26,870 nt of DNA from a virus. Its lineage: Duplodnaviria > Caudoviricetes. Shown in pieces: positions 1 through 8,521 of the stretch. The notes under the pieces were generated by a model, which saw nothing but the letters and a program-made list of their open reading frames with translations, did no database searches and had not been told where the DNA came from. The stretch lies in IMG/VR virus record IMGVR_UViG_3300016471_000541, positions 1-26,870 of that record. One strand, given 5' to 3'. Position 1 is the stretch's first letter. Every line of letters begins with the position of its first letter. A program made the translations under genes and the position numbers.

Positions 1-1004
1 CGACCACCTAATTGCCCTTCGGTTTTAATACCCAATATCATGGGGGATGTTATACGATGCGCTGTTAATATCTTTTGCTGAACCATATCGTTTAACTGCA
101 TATAGTATTCATCAGTTCCATTTGATTGTATTGGCTCTATTTTGGGTGCATTTTCAGGTGAGTCCACATCCATATAAATTAAACTACCTGCGTTATTTGT
201 CCCAGCATATTGGTTTCTTAGCATTGACTCGATTTCCATGCGCTGGTCTGGGTCAGCATTTAAGAAGGTTGTTATGGCCAATGATGGCGTTAAACCATTC
301 CTTAAATTGTTAGCATGAAAATTATCCGTTTCAATGTCTACCTCAATCACCCTCAGAGCACCTGCATAGTCTGGGAGTGGGTAGTATTTTTGACCAGGCT
401 TATATGGGTTGTAAACATATAATTGCTTGGGTTCTTCAAATGCCCTTTTGGGGTTAAAAGTTGGGAGGAAGGGCAGCTCTTCAAAGGTGCCGGCGCTTTG
501 ATACTTGTTATAAATCCCTCCTCCAATGCCGTATTTGTATTTTTCAGCCCATTCATCGCTGATATAATAACCTGGTATTTTGCCACTTGCGGTCTTTTCT
601 TTTGCTCTTATCCATGAGTAGTCTACATGATATACTTCACTTACTCTACTTCTGTCTTTTGACCATATCACCTCAAGCGCATATCCACCATATAATTTGT
701 AATCTAATGCTATTTTCTTATATATGTCATTCCATGTTTCTTCTAAATTAGCATGGTCTAACATATGGGTATGCCCTTCATCACATACCAAGCCTTCGCC
801 TATCACACCTTCAACTACCGCATTAACACAGGTATTATGTATGCTGGAGTTGTTGTATAGGTATATTAAAAACTCAGGAAAATCATTATACATCCCATAT
901 TTGTAAAACTCACCTGCATTTTGCTCTACCGGGAATATCCTATCATCAGCGTTTTGGCTGTAATTTATCTTACTAAACTTGTAATTTTGTTTTGCTTTTT
1001 CCAT
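1..1004 (-). CDS. Phage portal protein, N-terminal 334 codons (runs off left edge; absent from ORF track)
   Basis: Manual translation from ATG at 1004 is open to position 1: MEKAKQNYKF...YGMYNDFPEFLIYLYNNSSIHNTCV...KIALDYKLYGGYALEVIWS...YYPLPDYAGAL...NNLRNGLTPS...YAGTNNAG...QKILTAHRITSPMILGIKTEGQLGG. These motifs are typical of portals in this phage group. TATTTATA lies 4 nt upstream of the ATG. Confidence 0.88.
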   Translation of the reverse strand, partial: MEKAKQNYKFSKINYSQNADDRIFPVEQNAGEFYKYGMYNDFPEFLIYLYNNSSIHNTCVNAVVEGVIGEGLVCDEGHTHMLDHANLEETWNDIYKKIALDYKLYGGYALEVIWSKDRSRVSEVYHVDYSWIRAKEKTASGKIPGYYISDEWAEKYKYGIGGGIYNKYQSAGTFEELPFLPTFNPKRAFEEPKQLYVYNPYKPGQKYYPLPDYAGALRVIEVDIETDNFHANNLRNGLTPSLAITTFLNADPDQRMEIESMLRNQYAGTNNAGSLIYMDVDSPENAPKIEPIQSNGTDEYYMQLNDMVQQKILTAHRITSPMILGIKTEGQLGG

Positions 1005-1008
1005 CTTA

Positions 1009-1016
1009 TATAAATA
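1009..1016 (-). promoter_or_regulatory. TATTTATA promoter-like motif (portal)
   Basis: GATATTTATATAAG-ATG. One of nine intergenic or gene-boundary copies. Confidence 0.65.
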
Positions 1017-1019
1017 TCT

Positions 1020-1589
1020 TTAATTGTTTTTTGTTGTATAATATCCACGCTCATTTGGGGATATATAGCGCGTAAATGAACCACTTTCATTGGCAGAATA
1101 ATAGTATGTAAATGAGCCGCTTTCGTTGCCTGATGCATATCTTGTAAAATTACCACCCTCATTTGCACTTACATAGCGCGTAAATGAACCTGTTTGATTG
1201 GCATCTACATAAGTAATAAATTGCGGGTCATTACTACCACTTACGAATATTCTTAGTGTATCAATAGGTGTATTTACAAATCCAGCCGAGTCCCAATTAT
1301 AGTTTGCATCGTTCCAAGCTATACCACTACCATCCCATGTCAATAAATCAGCATCTGCATAATATGTATCAACTAAATACCACCCACTTGCAGCAGGTAT
1401 ATATGAGGCTGATATTTGCGTTATTAAATAAGGGGTATTTTGCGTTGATATTACCTCCCCAATTAGTTCAATAGCGTTTTGGTTATACTCTGATGACCCG
1501 CTAAAATAAATAGCTGTTGGCAAGACCGTTGGTGGCGCATCTGGCAACCAAGCTATTGTATTTATTTGCTGTGACTTATTTAAGAGCAT
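1020..1589 (-). CDS. Putative virion protein with Trp-spaced motif and C-terminal 12-aa tandem repeats
   Basis: 189-aa ORF between tail tube and portal. Contains WDGSGIAWNDANYNW and five FTxYxSxNExGS-like repeats. Confidence 0.7.
   Translation of the reverse strand: MLLNKSQQINTIAWLPDAPPTVLPTAIYFSGSSEYNQNAIELIGEVISTQNTPYLITQISASYIPAASGWYLVDTYYADADLLTWDGSGIAWNDANYNWDSAGFVNTPIDTLRIFVSGSNDPQFITYVDANQTGSFTRYVSANEGGNFTRYASGNESGSFTYYYSANESGSFTRYISPNERGYYTTKNN
1040..1220 (-). repeat. 36-bp-period coding tandem repeat (~5 degenerate units)
   Basis: FITYVDANQTGS/FTRYVSANEGGN/FTRYASGNESGS/FTYYYSANESGS/FTRYISPNERGY. tagcgcgtaaatgaacc recurs 108 bp apart. Confidence 0.85.
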
Positions 1590-1679
1590 ATATTATATTC
1601 ATTTTATCTGAACGATATTTCATACATTATGGGCTATAATTTGGGTTATTGAATGATATATCATACAGTTATATATTGC

Positions 1680-1712
1680 AAAAAAAAGGGGAGAGCTCAC
1701 CACCCTCCCCCG
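1680..1712 (-). terminator. Intrinsic terminator after capsid/tail-tube operon
   Basis: Minus strand reads GGGGAGGG-TGGTGAG-CTCTCCCC followed by a T run, just downstream of the tail tube stop at 1737. Confidence 0.8.
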
Positions 1713-1736
1713 ATATAAACAATGAAAATAAAAAGT

Positions 1737-2312
1737 TTACGCTGGTCCGAATGCTGACCCGGTTTGTATGGTCAAGCCATTCAGCAATGCTGGTAACCCA
1801 GCATATGTGGATGCGGACAGGAACAACGCTGGTTCAGGTTCACGCGACACAAAGGTTAATGCGTATCCGTTTCTATCAGTAAAGCCGGTGCCTGATGCTC
1901 CAGCTGACGTAGTTAAGGTTACTCCATTATCTCTGCCCACATAAATGAACTTCGAGGTTGCATCTGTGTTGTTAGTCTCAACAATCATTTTGATATTTGG
2001 GTTGCCTGAGAGTAAACGAATTTGGTTACGAGTGGAAACTTGCATTTTGAAGAATACTGCGTTAGTAGTAGTTTCATATACAATAGTTCCATTTTCCGGT
2101 GTTACCGTCATCGTTTCAGCAAAATCGCTGGTTTCTCTGAACAATTCAAACTTAAAAAACGACCCGCTACCCGACAATTGGGTTATCAAGCCTTCGGTCG
2201 GTGCAACTACTGCTGTAACTGAACCGCTAAGGATAAAGATATTTTTGATTGACCCGATATTATCGCGGCAACCTAATGTATATCCTGATGTAATCTGACA
2301 AGGTGCTGGCAT
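1737..2312 (-). CDS. Major tail tube protein (putative)
   Basis: 191 aa. MPAPCQITSGYTLGCRDNIGSIK...FFKFEL...PENGTIVYE...SGTGFTDRNGYALTFVSREPEPA matches tube proteins encoded right after the capsid gene in Bacteroidota-type siphophages. Confidence 0.7.
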   Translation of the reverse strand: MPAPCQITSGYTLGCRDNIGSIKNIFILSGSVTAVVAPTEGLITQLSGSGSFFKFELFRETSDFAETMTVTPENGTIVYETTTNAVFFKMQVSTRNQIRLLSGNPNIKMIVETNNTDATSKFIYVGRDNGVTLTTSAGASGTGFTDRNGYALTFVSREPEPALFLSASTYAGLPALLNGLTIQTGSAFGPA

Positions 2313-2331
2313 GTGTTTTCCTATTTAATTG

Positions 2332-3270
2332 TTAAGCTAAGTCGTTACTTACCCAGAACTCTGGATATGCTATGTTTACACCCATTTTAGTTGCTATCCT
2401 ATGTCGCAAGGTATCCGTATTGATATCATACCACAATTGGAACTCACTAAAGTCTGAAAGTAAATCTGTTCCTACAACAATTTGTTTTGAAGGACCGAAT
2501 ACAACCCTATTTGAACCTTGCAATCCAGTTGTTCCTACTACCTTAACATTTGGTGAGAATGGGTATGCCATTTCATACAAGTTAGGACGGTTGGTTACTG
2601 CACCTGGATCGAAGTAGAAGTTGTTAGCGCTTCTTAATGCTGTGATATAGCTACGGAAGTTTGATACACTCATAAAGAATGTCAAATCTTCACGATTTGC
2701 TATATCAGCCGAAGAAGAGGCAATCATCGCATCCATCGTATTCAAAATGTTAGCTGGTGCTACTGATGTTACAGTCGAAGCAACTACCCCAGATGTTGAA
2801 CCTGTGATAATTCTATTCAAACCTGATACATTACAAGTTCCACCGTAAGTAGAGGATGAACCACTAACTTGCTGCCATAAGAATAAATCGTTTGCTTTTT
2901 GGAATTGGGATACTAACAATTGCGAATACGCATCTGCTAATGCCCATGTTTCGTTGTATGAACCCTTACCGATTGATGAAATACCCAAATATTTTTTATC
3001 TAAGTCTTTCAAGCAAAGGGCATCAAATGATGTGCGAGGACATACTTCAATGTTTCTTTGTGAAAAGGTAGCTGAACCTGCAGCAGATGACACGCAAGTG
3101 GAGTTATTCATTGTAATAGAGACATCAAATAAATTGATTGGCTCTTGGAACTTAACGCCCTCTTGAACGGTCACATACTCTACGGTAGAACCACCATATA
3201 CCATTTTTAATACAAGCTCACCTGCGAGCTGGTTATTAAAATCTGCTAATGCTGTTGTTACTAGTGCCAT
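2332..3270 (-). CDS. Major capsid protein (putative HK97 fold)
   Basis: 312 aa, downstream of protease and scaffold. Motifs VQEGVK, ATFSQRNIEVC, LCLKDL, IVVGTDLLSDFSE, MGVNIAYP. Confidence 0.8.
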   Translation of the reverse strand: MALVTTALADFNNQLAGELVLKMVYGGSTVEYVTVQEGVKFQEPINLFDVSITMNNSTCVSSAAGSATFSQRNIEVCPRTSFDALCLKDLDKKYLGISSIGKGSYNETWALADAYSQLLVSQFQKANDLFLWQQVSGSSSTYGGTCNVSGLNRIITGSTSGVVASTVTSVAPANILNTMDAMIASSSADIANREDLTFFMSVSNFRSYITALRSANNFYFDPGAVTNRPNLYEMAYPFSPNVKVVGTTGLQGSNRVVFGPSKQIVVGTDLLSDFSEFQLWYDINTDTLRHRIATKMGVNIAYPEFWVSNDLA

Positions 3271-3289
3271 GTGTTTTTCTTTGTTTTAA

Positions 3290-3925
3290 TTAGTTTGATT
3301 TTCTATTTTTGATTAACTCTCGCATCATTGCGTATCTTTTAACATCTACAATGTCATCTTCACGCTTTTCAAGTGAGAATGCTTTTTTAGCCGGAATGGT
3401 TTTTTCAGCGGCTGGTTCGGCGGACATCTTTTCCATTTTGGTTTTCAATTCTGCCATTTCTTTCTTAACGAACTCCATTTCGCTTTTGATTACCTCTGCG
3501 ATAGCCTCTGCAATTTGTGGGAATGTAATAGTATCTTTTACTTCTTCACCCTCTGCTGCAAGTTTAACTACCTCTTCAGTAACCGGATTTGCATTTGGAT
3601 TTGCTGATGTTTCAGTAGTAGTATTAGTTTCTTCAATAGCTGGGGGAGTTACTTGCGTAGCTAGCTCAGCTTCTTTTTCTAATTCTACAACGACACCACC
3701 TTCGGTTTTAATTTTAATTCCACCCTCAAGGATATGATAGCCATCTGGTGCTGCTAACTCTTGTCCTTCTGCGGTTCTGACTGTAACTGCTTTACCCAGT
3801 TCCAATGCTTCACCATCAAAAATAAGAGTAAAAGCACCATTAATGTCTTTAATCTCACCAAAAGAATGTTTCTCTTGCAAGTTGAAGTAACTTTTAACGA
3901 GTTCTTTTAATTTTTGTGTTGTCAT
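3290..3925 (-). CDS. Capsid scaffolding protein (putative)
   Basis: 211 aa, acidic. APDGYHILEGGIKIKTEGGVVVE motif, C-terminal coiled coil and SAEPAA. Lies immediately upstream of the capsid gene. Confidence 0.7.
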   Translation of the reverse strand: MTTQKLKELVKSYFNLQEKHSFGEIKDINGAFTLIFDGEALELGKAVTVRTAEGQELAAPDGYHILEGGIKIKTEGGVVVELEKEAELATQVTPPAIEETNTTTETSANPNANPVTEEVVKLAAEGEEVKDTITFPQIAEAIAEVIKSEMEFVKKEMAELKTKMEKMSAEPAAEKTIPAKKAFSLEKREDDIVDVKRYAMMRELIKNRKSN

Positions 3926-3942
3926 GTGTCTTTCTCTTTAAG

Positions 3943-3950
3943 TATAAATA
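3943..3950 (-). promoter_or_regulatory. TATTTATA promoter-like motif (scaffold-capsid-tube operon)
   Basis: GATATTTATA 17 nt upstream of the scaffold ATG. Confidence 0.65.
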
Positions 3951-3957
3951 TCATTTA

Positions 3958-4305
3958 CTATTGGTTGGCAGCTTGCCTCTTACGAGCTAATATACGCTCA
4001 TAACACACCTTTGTAAACGCTGGGGATGTATAAGTATTACCCGGCACATTACCTTTTAATTTTGCCATGCAATCAGCAAGTTCTTCTTGTGTTACGGACT
4101 CTATTTCGGCCATAGTATTATTTTTGATTTCTTCGTATGTCCTATATTGGTCTATATTGCTTTTCATAGTTTTGCTTTCATAAAAGTTATTGTAACATAT
4201 TGCCAATGCCTGGTCTTGTGATTTACCTTCGGAGGTTAGGAACTCGGCACATCGGCCTACAAATTCATCTCTTGTTTCAGTTGCGCGTGGTGTAGGTATT
4301 GGCAT
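3958..4305 (-). CDS. Conserved phage head-module hypothetical protein
   Basis: MPIPTPRATETRDEFVGRC...QALAICY motif, common in phage head regions. Start moved to ATG 4305 because the track's upstream start overlaps the TATTTATA motif. Confidence 0.7.
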   Translation of the reverse strand: MPIPTPRATETRDEFVGRCAEFLTSEGKSQDQALAICYNNFYESKTMKSNIDQYRTYEEIKNNTMAEIESVTQEELADCMAKLKGNVPGNTYTSPAFTKVCYERILARKRQAANQ

Positions 4306-4311
4306 GTCGTA

Positions 4312-4319
4312 TATAAATA
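4312..4319 (-). promoter_or_regulatory. TATTTATA promoter-like motif
   Basis: GATATTTATATACGAC-ATG before the ORF starting at 4305. Confidence 0.6.
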
Positions 4320-4862
4320 TCAATTGGTTTTATATTTCCAAATAAAGTTTCCTGCACTTTTTGTTTTATTTTTTGCTACATTAGCAATATTGGTTACATT
4401 TATATTCAATGCTTTACCAGCATCACGTAAACTATACCACTCATTTATAAAATTACCATTTAAATCATATTGAAGTATAGGTGTATTTTTTGATGAAGCT
4501 TTAATTTTTTTACGATGTTCTTCAGTTTTGAGTTTGCCCGTTTTACTAATGCTAACTTTTGCTCGAGTTTCTACGCTACGAATTGCTCCCAAAGAACCTT
4601 CTCCACCATCAGTTTTATTTATTAGTGTTCCTAACCCCAAGTCCTTACGGCCATACAACTTAATAAACTCACGCTCTTTTTCTTGTGCCTGTTCCCATGT
4701 CAGGTCATCAAGCATAATATGCACCTTATACCCATGCTTTTGAACTATGCGCTTCCAATGATTACTTCTTTGCCTACTATAAGCGCGCTTTTCATCTTGT
4801 CCTATACCCACATAAAAAGGTGTGTTAGTGTCTAATCTGATATGTCTATATAATACTGCCAT
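4320..4862 (-). CDS. GIY-YIG-like homing endonuclease with NUMOD3-like and C-terminal NUMOD1 DNA-binding motifs
   Basis: LYRHIRLD..PFYVGIG..KRAY..EKEREFI..LINKTDGGEG nuclease domain. PILQYDLNGNFINEWYSLRDAGKAL..SAGNFIWKY is NUMOD1-like. Confidence 0.85.
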   Translation of the reverse strand: MAVLYRHIRLDTNTPFYVGIGQDEKRAYSRQRSNHWKRIVQKHGYKVHIMLDDLTWEQAQEKEREFIKLYGRKDLGLGTLINKTDGGEGSLGAIRSVETRAKVSISKTGKLKTEEHRKKIKASSKNTPILQYDLNGNFINEWYSLRDAGKALNINVTNIANVAKNKTKSAGNFIWKYKTN

Positions 4863-4934
4863 ATGTTTCGTTTATTATATAACGCATAATATTGCTATTT
4901 AGTTCCCCAAAAGATTAAAATTCGTTAAAAAAGT

Positions 4935-6335
4935 TTATACTCTACCACCATTTGACCTATCATTCATTGGAGTACCAGCTAATCCACCGGCTCTACTTTC
5001 AGATAATAACTCAAATTTGCCATTATTAAAGGTGTACTTAAATTGCCGCCAGTAGTGTTTACAATTAACGCCACCTAAATACTTAAATATGTCATATGTG
5101 CTAGAACCACCTCTACCAAAGCCAGCATTTACTGATATAGAGGACATGGCATCAATATCCTCTTTTGTATAATACTTTTTCATACTCATCATTTGTTTAC
5201 AAAAATCCCGCTCAGGTGATGGGCCTTCATATTTGTAAAGTGTTGTTTGTACACGCGGGTCTTTAGCCCAATCAGGAATTGCTTTTAAGGGGTCTGCATT
5301 TGCTGCAAATAATTCCGGTTCAGTATAACCATTTTGGAGTGCGTAATCTAATACTTTTTGTTTTATTTGTTCTTCTTTTGAAAATCCGGTTATTAATTGC
5401 TCAGTAAACCATCCTTCTACACTAAATCCTCGTATTTCACCCAGTTTTGCTTTTTCCCATATTTCTTCATTATCAATTTTATATACCCCCATCCAAGTTC
5501 CTTTTGGGTATTGTTTTCCATAATAATTTGATTTATCCCTTTCAGGCTCTTCTATTATCCAACTTTCTATCATTGAAACTCCTTCAACGGATACACCATC
5601 ATGCTCTATATTAGAAGAATGTATAAATGGTGATTTCATAAACTTTTCTTGCAATTTTTTTATAGTTTCTTCGCTGAAAAAAACAAAATACTCTTCTTCA
5701 TTTTCATCATCCCACCTACGAATAAGTTTATTTGGAATCATTACCGGCCCAAGCAATCTTCTTTGAGCATTTGTATAATCAGGTATTTCACCAACTTCCA
5801 ATCCTAATTCTTGGGCAAATATATGCTTAAATACTAAATGCTCTATATCGTTAAATGAATAATCTTTATCTATTTCATTTGTAATTAGGGATGTTTTAAA
5901 TTCTTCACCTGCTGCCCTTAATTTCTTTTCAGCCCAGGGTAATGCTTCAGGCCCTCCCCATAACATATAACTGATATATCCGCAGGCATTATAATCACCA
6001 CGACCTCTTGCTAACTCGAAGCTATTTTTATGACGAATTAAAAAGCTTCTCATTCTCCTTATAGTATCTAATGTTAAATTCTCACCTCTTACTAATTGTT
6101 GTGCACGAACTTTACCAACCTGAGTAGCACATTCATTATCTATTTTGATATTTCTTTCAATACCTATTCTTGCGTTATTTCTAACTTTTTCTGGGTAATC
6201 ATTATAAGTTTCAAAGTAATATTTTTGAGCATTGAAAGCATAAAAATCTTCTTCTACTGCTGGTTCTTTTACCAAAGATATTGCTTCAATTTCTACTGGC
6301 AAATTATCGTTTATTTCTAATTCTACTATTTTCAT
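4935..6335 (-). CDS. XkdF-like prohead serine protease with extra domains
   Basis: AISLVKEPAVE; LLGPVMIPNKLIRR..FVFFSEETIK..NIEH..ESWII..PKGTWM..GEIRGFSVEG. C-terminal RDFC..GGVNCKHYW domain. Confidence 0.8.
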   Translation of the reverse strand: MKIVELEINDNLPVEIEAISLVKEPAVEEDFYAFNAQKYYFETYNDYPEKVRNNARIGIERNIKIDNECATQVGKVRAQQLVRGENLTLDTIRRMRSFLIRHKNSFELARGRGDYNACGYISYMLWGGPEALPWAEKKLRAAGEEFKTSLITNEIDKDYSFNDIEHLVFKHIFAQELGLEVGEIPDYTNAQRRLLGPVMIPNKLIRRWDDENEEEYFVFFSEETIKKLQEKFMKSPFIHSSNIEHDGVSVEGVSMIESWIIEEPERDKSNYYGKQYPKGTWMGVYKIDNEEIWEKAKLGEIRGFSVEGWFTEQLITGFSKEEQIKQKVLDYALQNGYTEPELFAANADPLKAIPDWAKDPRVQTTLYKYEGPSPERDFCKQMMSMKKYYTKEDIDAMSSISVNAGFGRGGSSTYDIFKYLGGVNCKHYWRQFKYTFNNGKFELLSESRAGGLAGTPMNDRSNGGRV

Positions 6336-6338
6336 GTC

Positions 6339-6346
6339 TATAAATA
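6339..6346 (-). promoter_or_regulatory. TATTTATA promoter-like motif (protease)
   Basis: GATATTTATAGAC-ATG. Confidence 0.65.
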
Positions 6347-6349
6347 TCT

Positions 6350-8512
6350 TTAAAAGGTTCTACGATTATCCAGCGCTTGTTGAGCATCTAATCCACTACT
6401 TACATCATTTGCTACAACATAAGCCCGTATAGGTGTATTTGGATTTACAGGGGGAGCGGCCATAGCAGTAGAACCACCTGATGACATTGGAGTTGAACCA
6501 CCTGATGATAAATTACCACCAAATTGCCCACCACCACTAAATTCACCACCGGTATTACTTACAGTCATTCCACCTACACCTGCTCCTCCTCCTCCTCCAC
6601 CACCACCGGTACTTGTACTTGTATATTTTGTTTTTTTAATATTTGCTATTGTGGCTGCCATTTGTGCTAAAATCATTGCGGATAATATACCACCAACAAC
6701 CGGTCCTGCTATTGGCCCTAATTGCCCTATGGCACTACTAAAAGCTTGGAAAGCTGAAGATATACCTGATGTAAGAGTATCTGCTATTCTTAATTTTTTC
6801 TGGTCCTCAAATGCTTTTCTTCTTTCTGCTTCCATTTTAGCATTCATCTGCTCTTCTAATGCTTCTCTTTGGGCTGCAGCCTGCTCATCAGTTCCTTGTA
6901 TAGCATTTATTCTGGCACTGTATTCAGCTTCAATATTATTTAATCTACGTTCACTACTTTCTTGAGCAATAGATAATATACCCGATGTTACTTGATTTAG
7001 GGCCTGTAATGAAGCACCAATTGTTTTGGCGGCATCACTTTCAAAAAACTCCTTTAATTTACTGCTTCTTTCTTTTAATCCTTCATTTTGTAATTTAGTT
7101 ATAGCATCTTGTATTTGTTTATATAAAAGGGTTTCCTGATCACCCATTTCCCTCAAAGTTTGTAATCTTTCTTGAAGTAATTTTATTTCTTGATTTCTTT
7201 TTATTTGGGCATCTATACCTAATAGTTGATTAATACGTTCATTTTTATCTTGCTCAGTTTTTATTAATTCTTGTTTTGCTTTTTCTTCTTCTTCACGTAT
7301 TTTTTGGTTTCTTTCTCTAATTCTTTGTAATTCTAAATTATCATATTTTACTTCTATTTCCCGTTTTTTGGCTTCAAATAATTCTATTAAAGTCAATAAA
7401 GTTATACTATTTCCATTTGCTAATTTTTGTTGATTTTCATACCAAAAACCTAATTCTAGTAATTCTTTATCTCTACCTTCTTTATTAATAAGTGATAATT
7501 GCTCATTTAATGAATCTTGAAAATCTTTTTGTTTTTTGGCTTCTTCCAAAATCATTTTGGCTTCATTTGCTCTTTGTTCTGCATTCGCTTGTCTTTGTTT
7601 TGTATTATATTCTGTAATGTTTAAAGCCGCTTCTATTGATTTTGTTTCTGCATCTAAATAAAGTTTATAATATTCAGTATCTAATTTAATTAACTCATTA
7701 TATTCATCAGTTACGATTTTATATCTTTCTTTTACTTCGTCTTTAGTTAATTTTAATGTATTATTTTGCTGATTTTTTAAAAGTAAATCTCTTTCTTTTC
7801 CTTTTTCTTCAAGTTGTTTTGTTATTTTTTCTTGTTCTTTTTTTACATTTTCCAAATTTTCATCAGCAATTGCTTTTTTTTCATTTAATAGTGTTCTTTC
7901 ACTTGCTCCTCTACTTTTTAATCCTAAAATATATAAGTTATTAAATGAATCTATTTGCGACTGAGTTTCTTTAAAACTATCAAGTAAATCTTTATTTGAT
8001 TTTTCTAATTTTTTATTTTCTTCCTCCGCCTCATCTGCTCTTTGGGAGTAAAGGAATAAAGCACCTGCTAATGCGGTTAAACCAACTACTACTGCTGTAA
8101 TTGGGTTTCTAATCATAGCAGCAGTTAAAGCATTCCAAGCAGCTCTTGCTTTACCTAATAAACCAACTGAACTTGCCTGAGCAGTGTTATTGGCAGTTGT
8201 AGCAACAGTATTGGCAGCCGTTACAGCAGTTCCAGCCGCTTGTGCTTTTCTAAATAAATCTGCTGCTTCTCTTAATTCTTTGTATCCCTCAAATATTCGT
8301 TTAGTACCATCGGCAAATGCTATGGCTGATGTTGCTGCTTCCTGAAATTGTTTTTGTACTTTATCATCAACACCAAGTAATCCCATTAAACCTACCGTAG
8401 TTTCAACAGCACCACCCAATAAGTTAATAGCACCACCCAATGCTTTAATTCTACCTTCAACTACATCTAAGTTTCCAGTTTCAAAATTTATTCTTGCGGT
8501 TTCTTGTACCAT
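6350..8512 (-). CDS. Tail tape measure protein (putative)
   Basis: 720 aa. Ala-rich and hydrophobic segments (AWNALTAAMIRNPITAVVVGLTALAGAL), long coiled coil, Gly-rich linker, terminal IRAYVV..DVSS motif. Confidence 0.75.
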   Translation of the reverse strand: MVQETARINFETGNLDVVEGRIKALGGAINLLGGAVETTVGLMGLLGVDDKVQKQFQEAATSAIAFADGTKRIFEGYKELREAADLFRKAQAAGTAVTAANTVATTANNTAQASSVGLLGKARAAWNALTAAMIRNPITAVVVGLTALAGALFLYSQRADEAEEENKKLEKSNKDLLDSFKETQSQIDSFNNLYILGLKSRGASERTLLNEKKAIADENLENVKKEQEKITKQLEEKGKERDLLLKNQQNNTLKLTKDEVKERYKIVTDEYNELIKLDTEYYKLYLDAETKSIEAALNITEYNTKQRQANAEQRANEAKMILEEAKKQKDFQDSLNEQLSLINKEGRDKELLELGFWYENQQKLANGNSITLLTLIELFEAKKREIEVKYDNLELQRIRERNQKIREEEEKAKQELIKTEQDKNERINQLLGIDAQIKRNQEIKLLQERLQTLREMGDQETLLYKQIQDAITKLQNEGLKERSSKLKEFFESDAAKTIGASLQALNQVTSGILSIAQESSERRLNNIEAEYSARINAIQGTDEQAAAQREALEEQMNAKMEAERRKAFEDQKKLRIADTLTSGISSAFQAFSSAIGQLGPIAGPVVGGILSAMILAQMAATIANIKKTKYTSTSTGGGGGGGGAGVGGMTVSNTGGEFSGGGQFGGNLSSGGSTPMSSGGSTAMAAPPVNPNTPIRAYVVANDVSSGLDAQQALDNRRTF

Positions 8513-8521
8513 TTTCTATCC

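Noticed and set aside
1040-1220. 36-bp periodicity as a CRISPR array
   Set aside because: Units are contiguous with no unique spacers, are in frame, and vary as a protein repeat. No cas genes.
47-1474. Short track ORFs (47..313, 353..586, 423..617, 724..906, 965..1168, 1268..1474)
   Set aside because: Antisense or off-frame shadows of the portal and the 189-aa gene.
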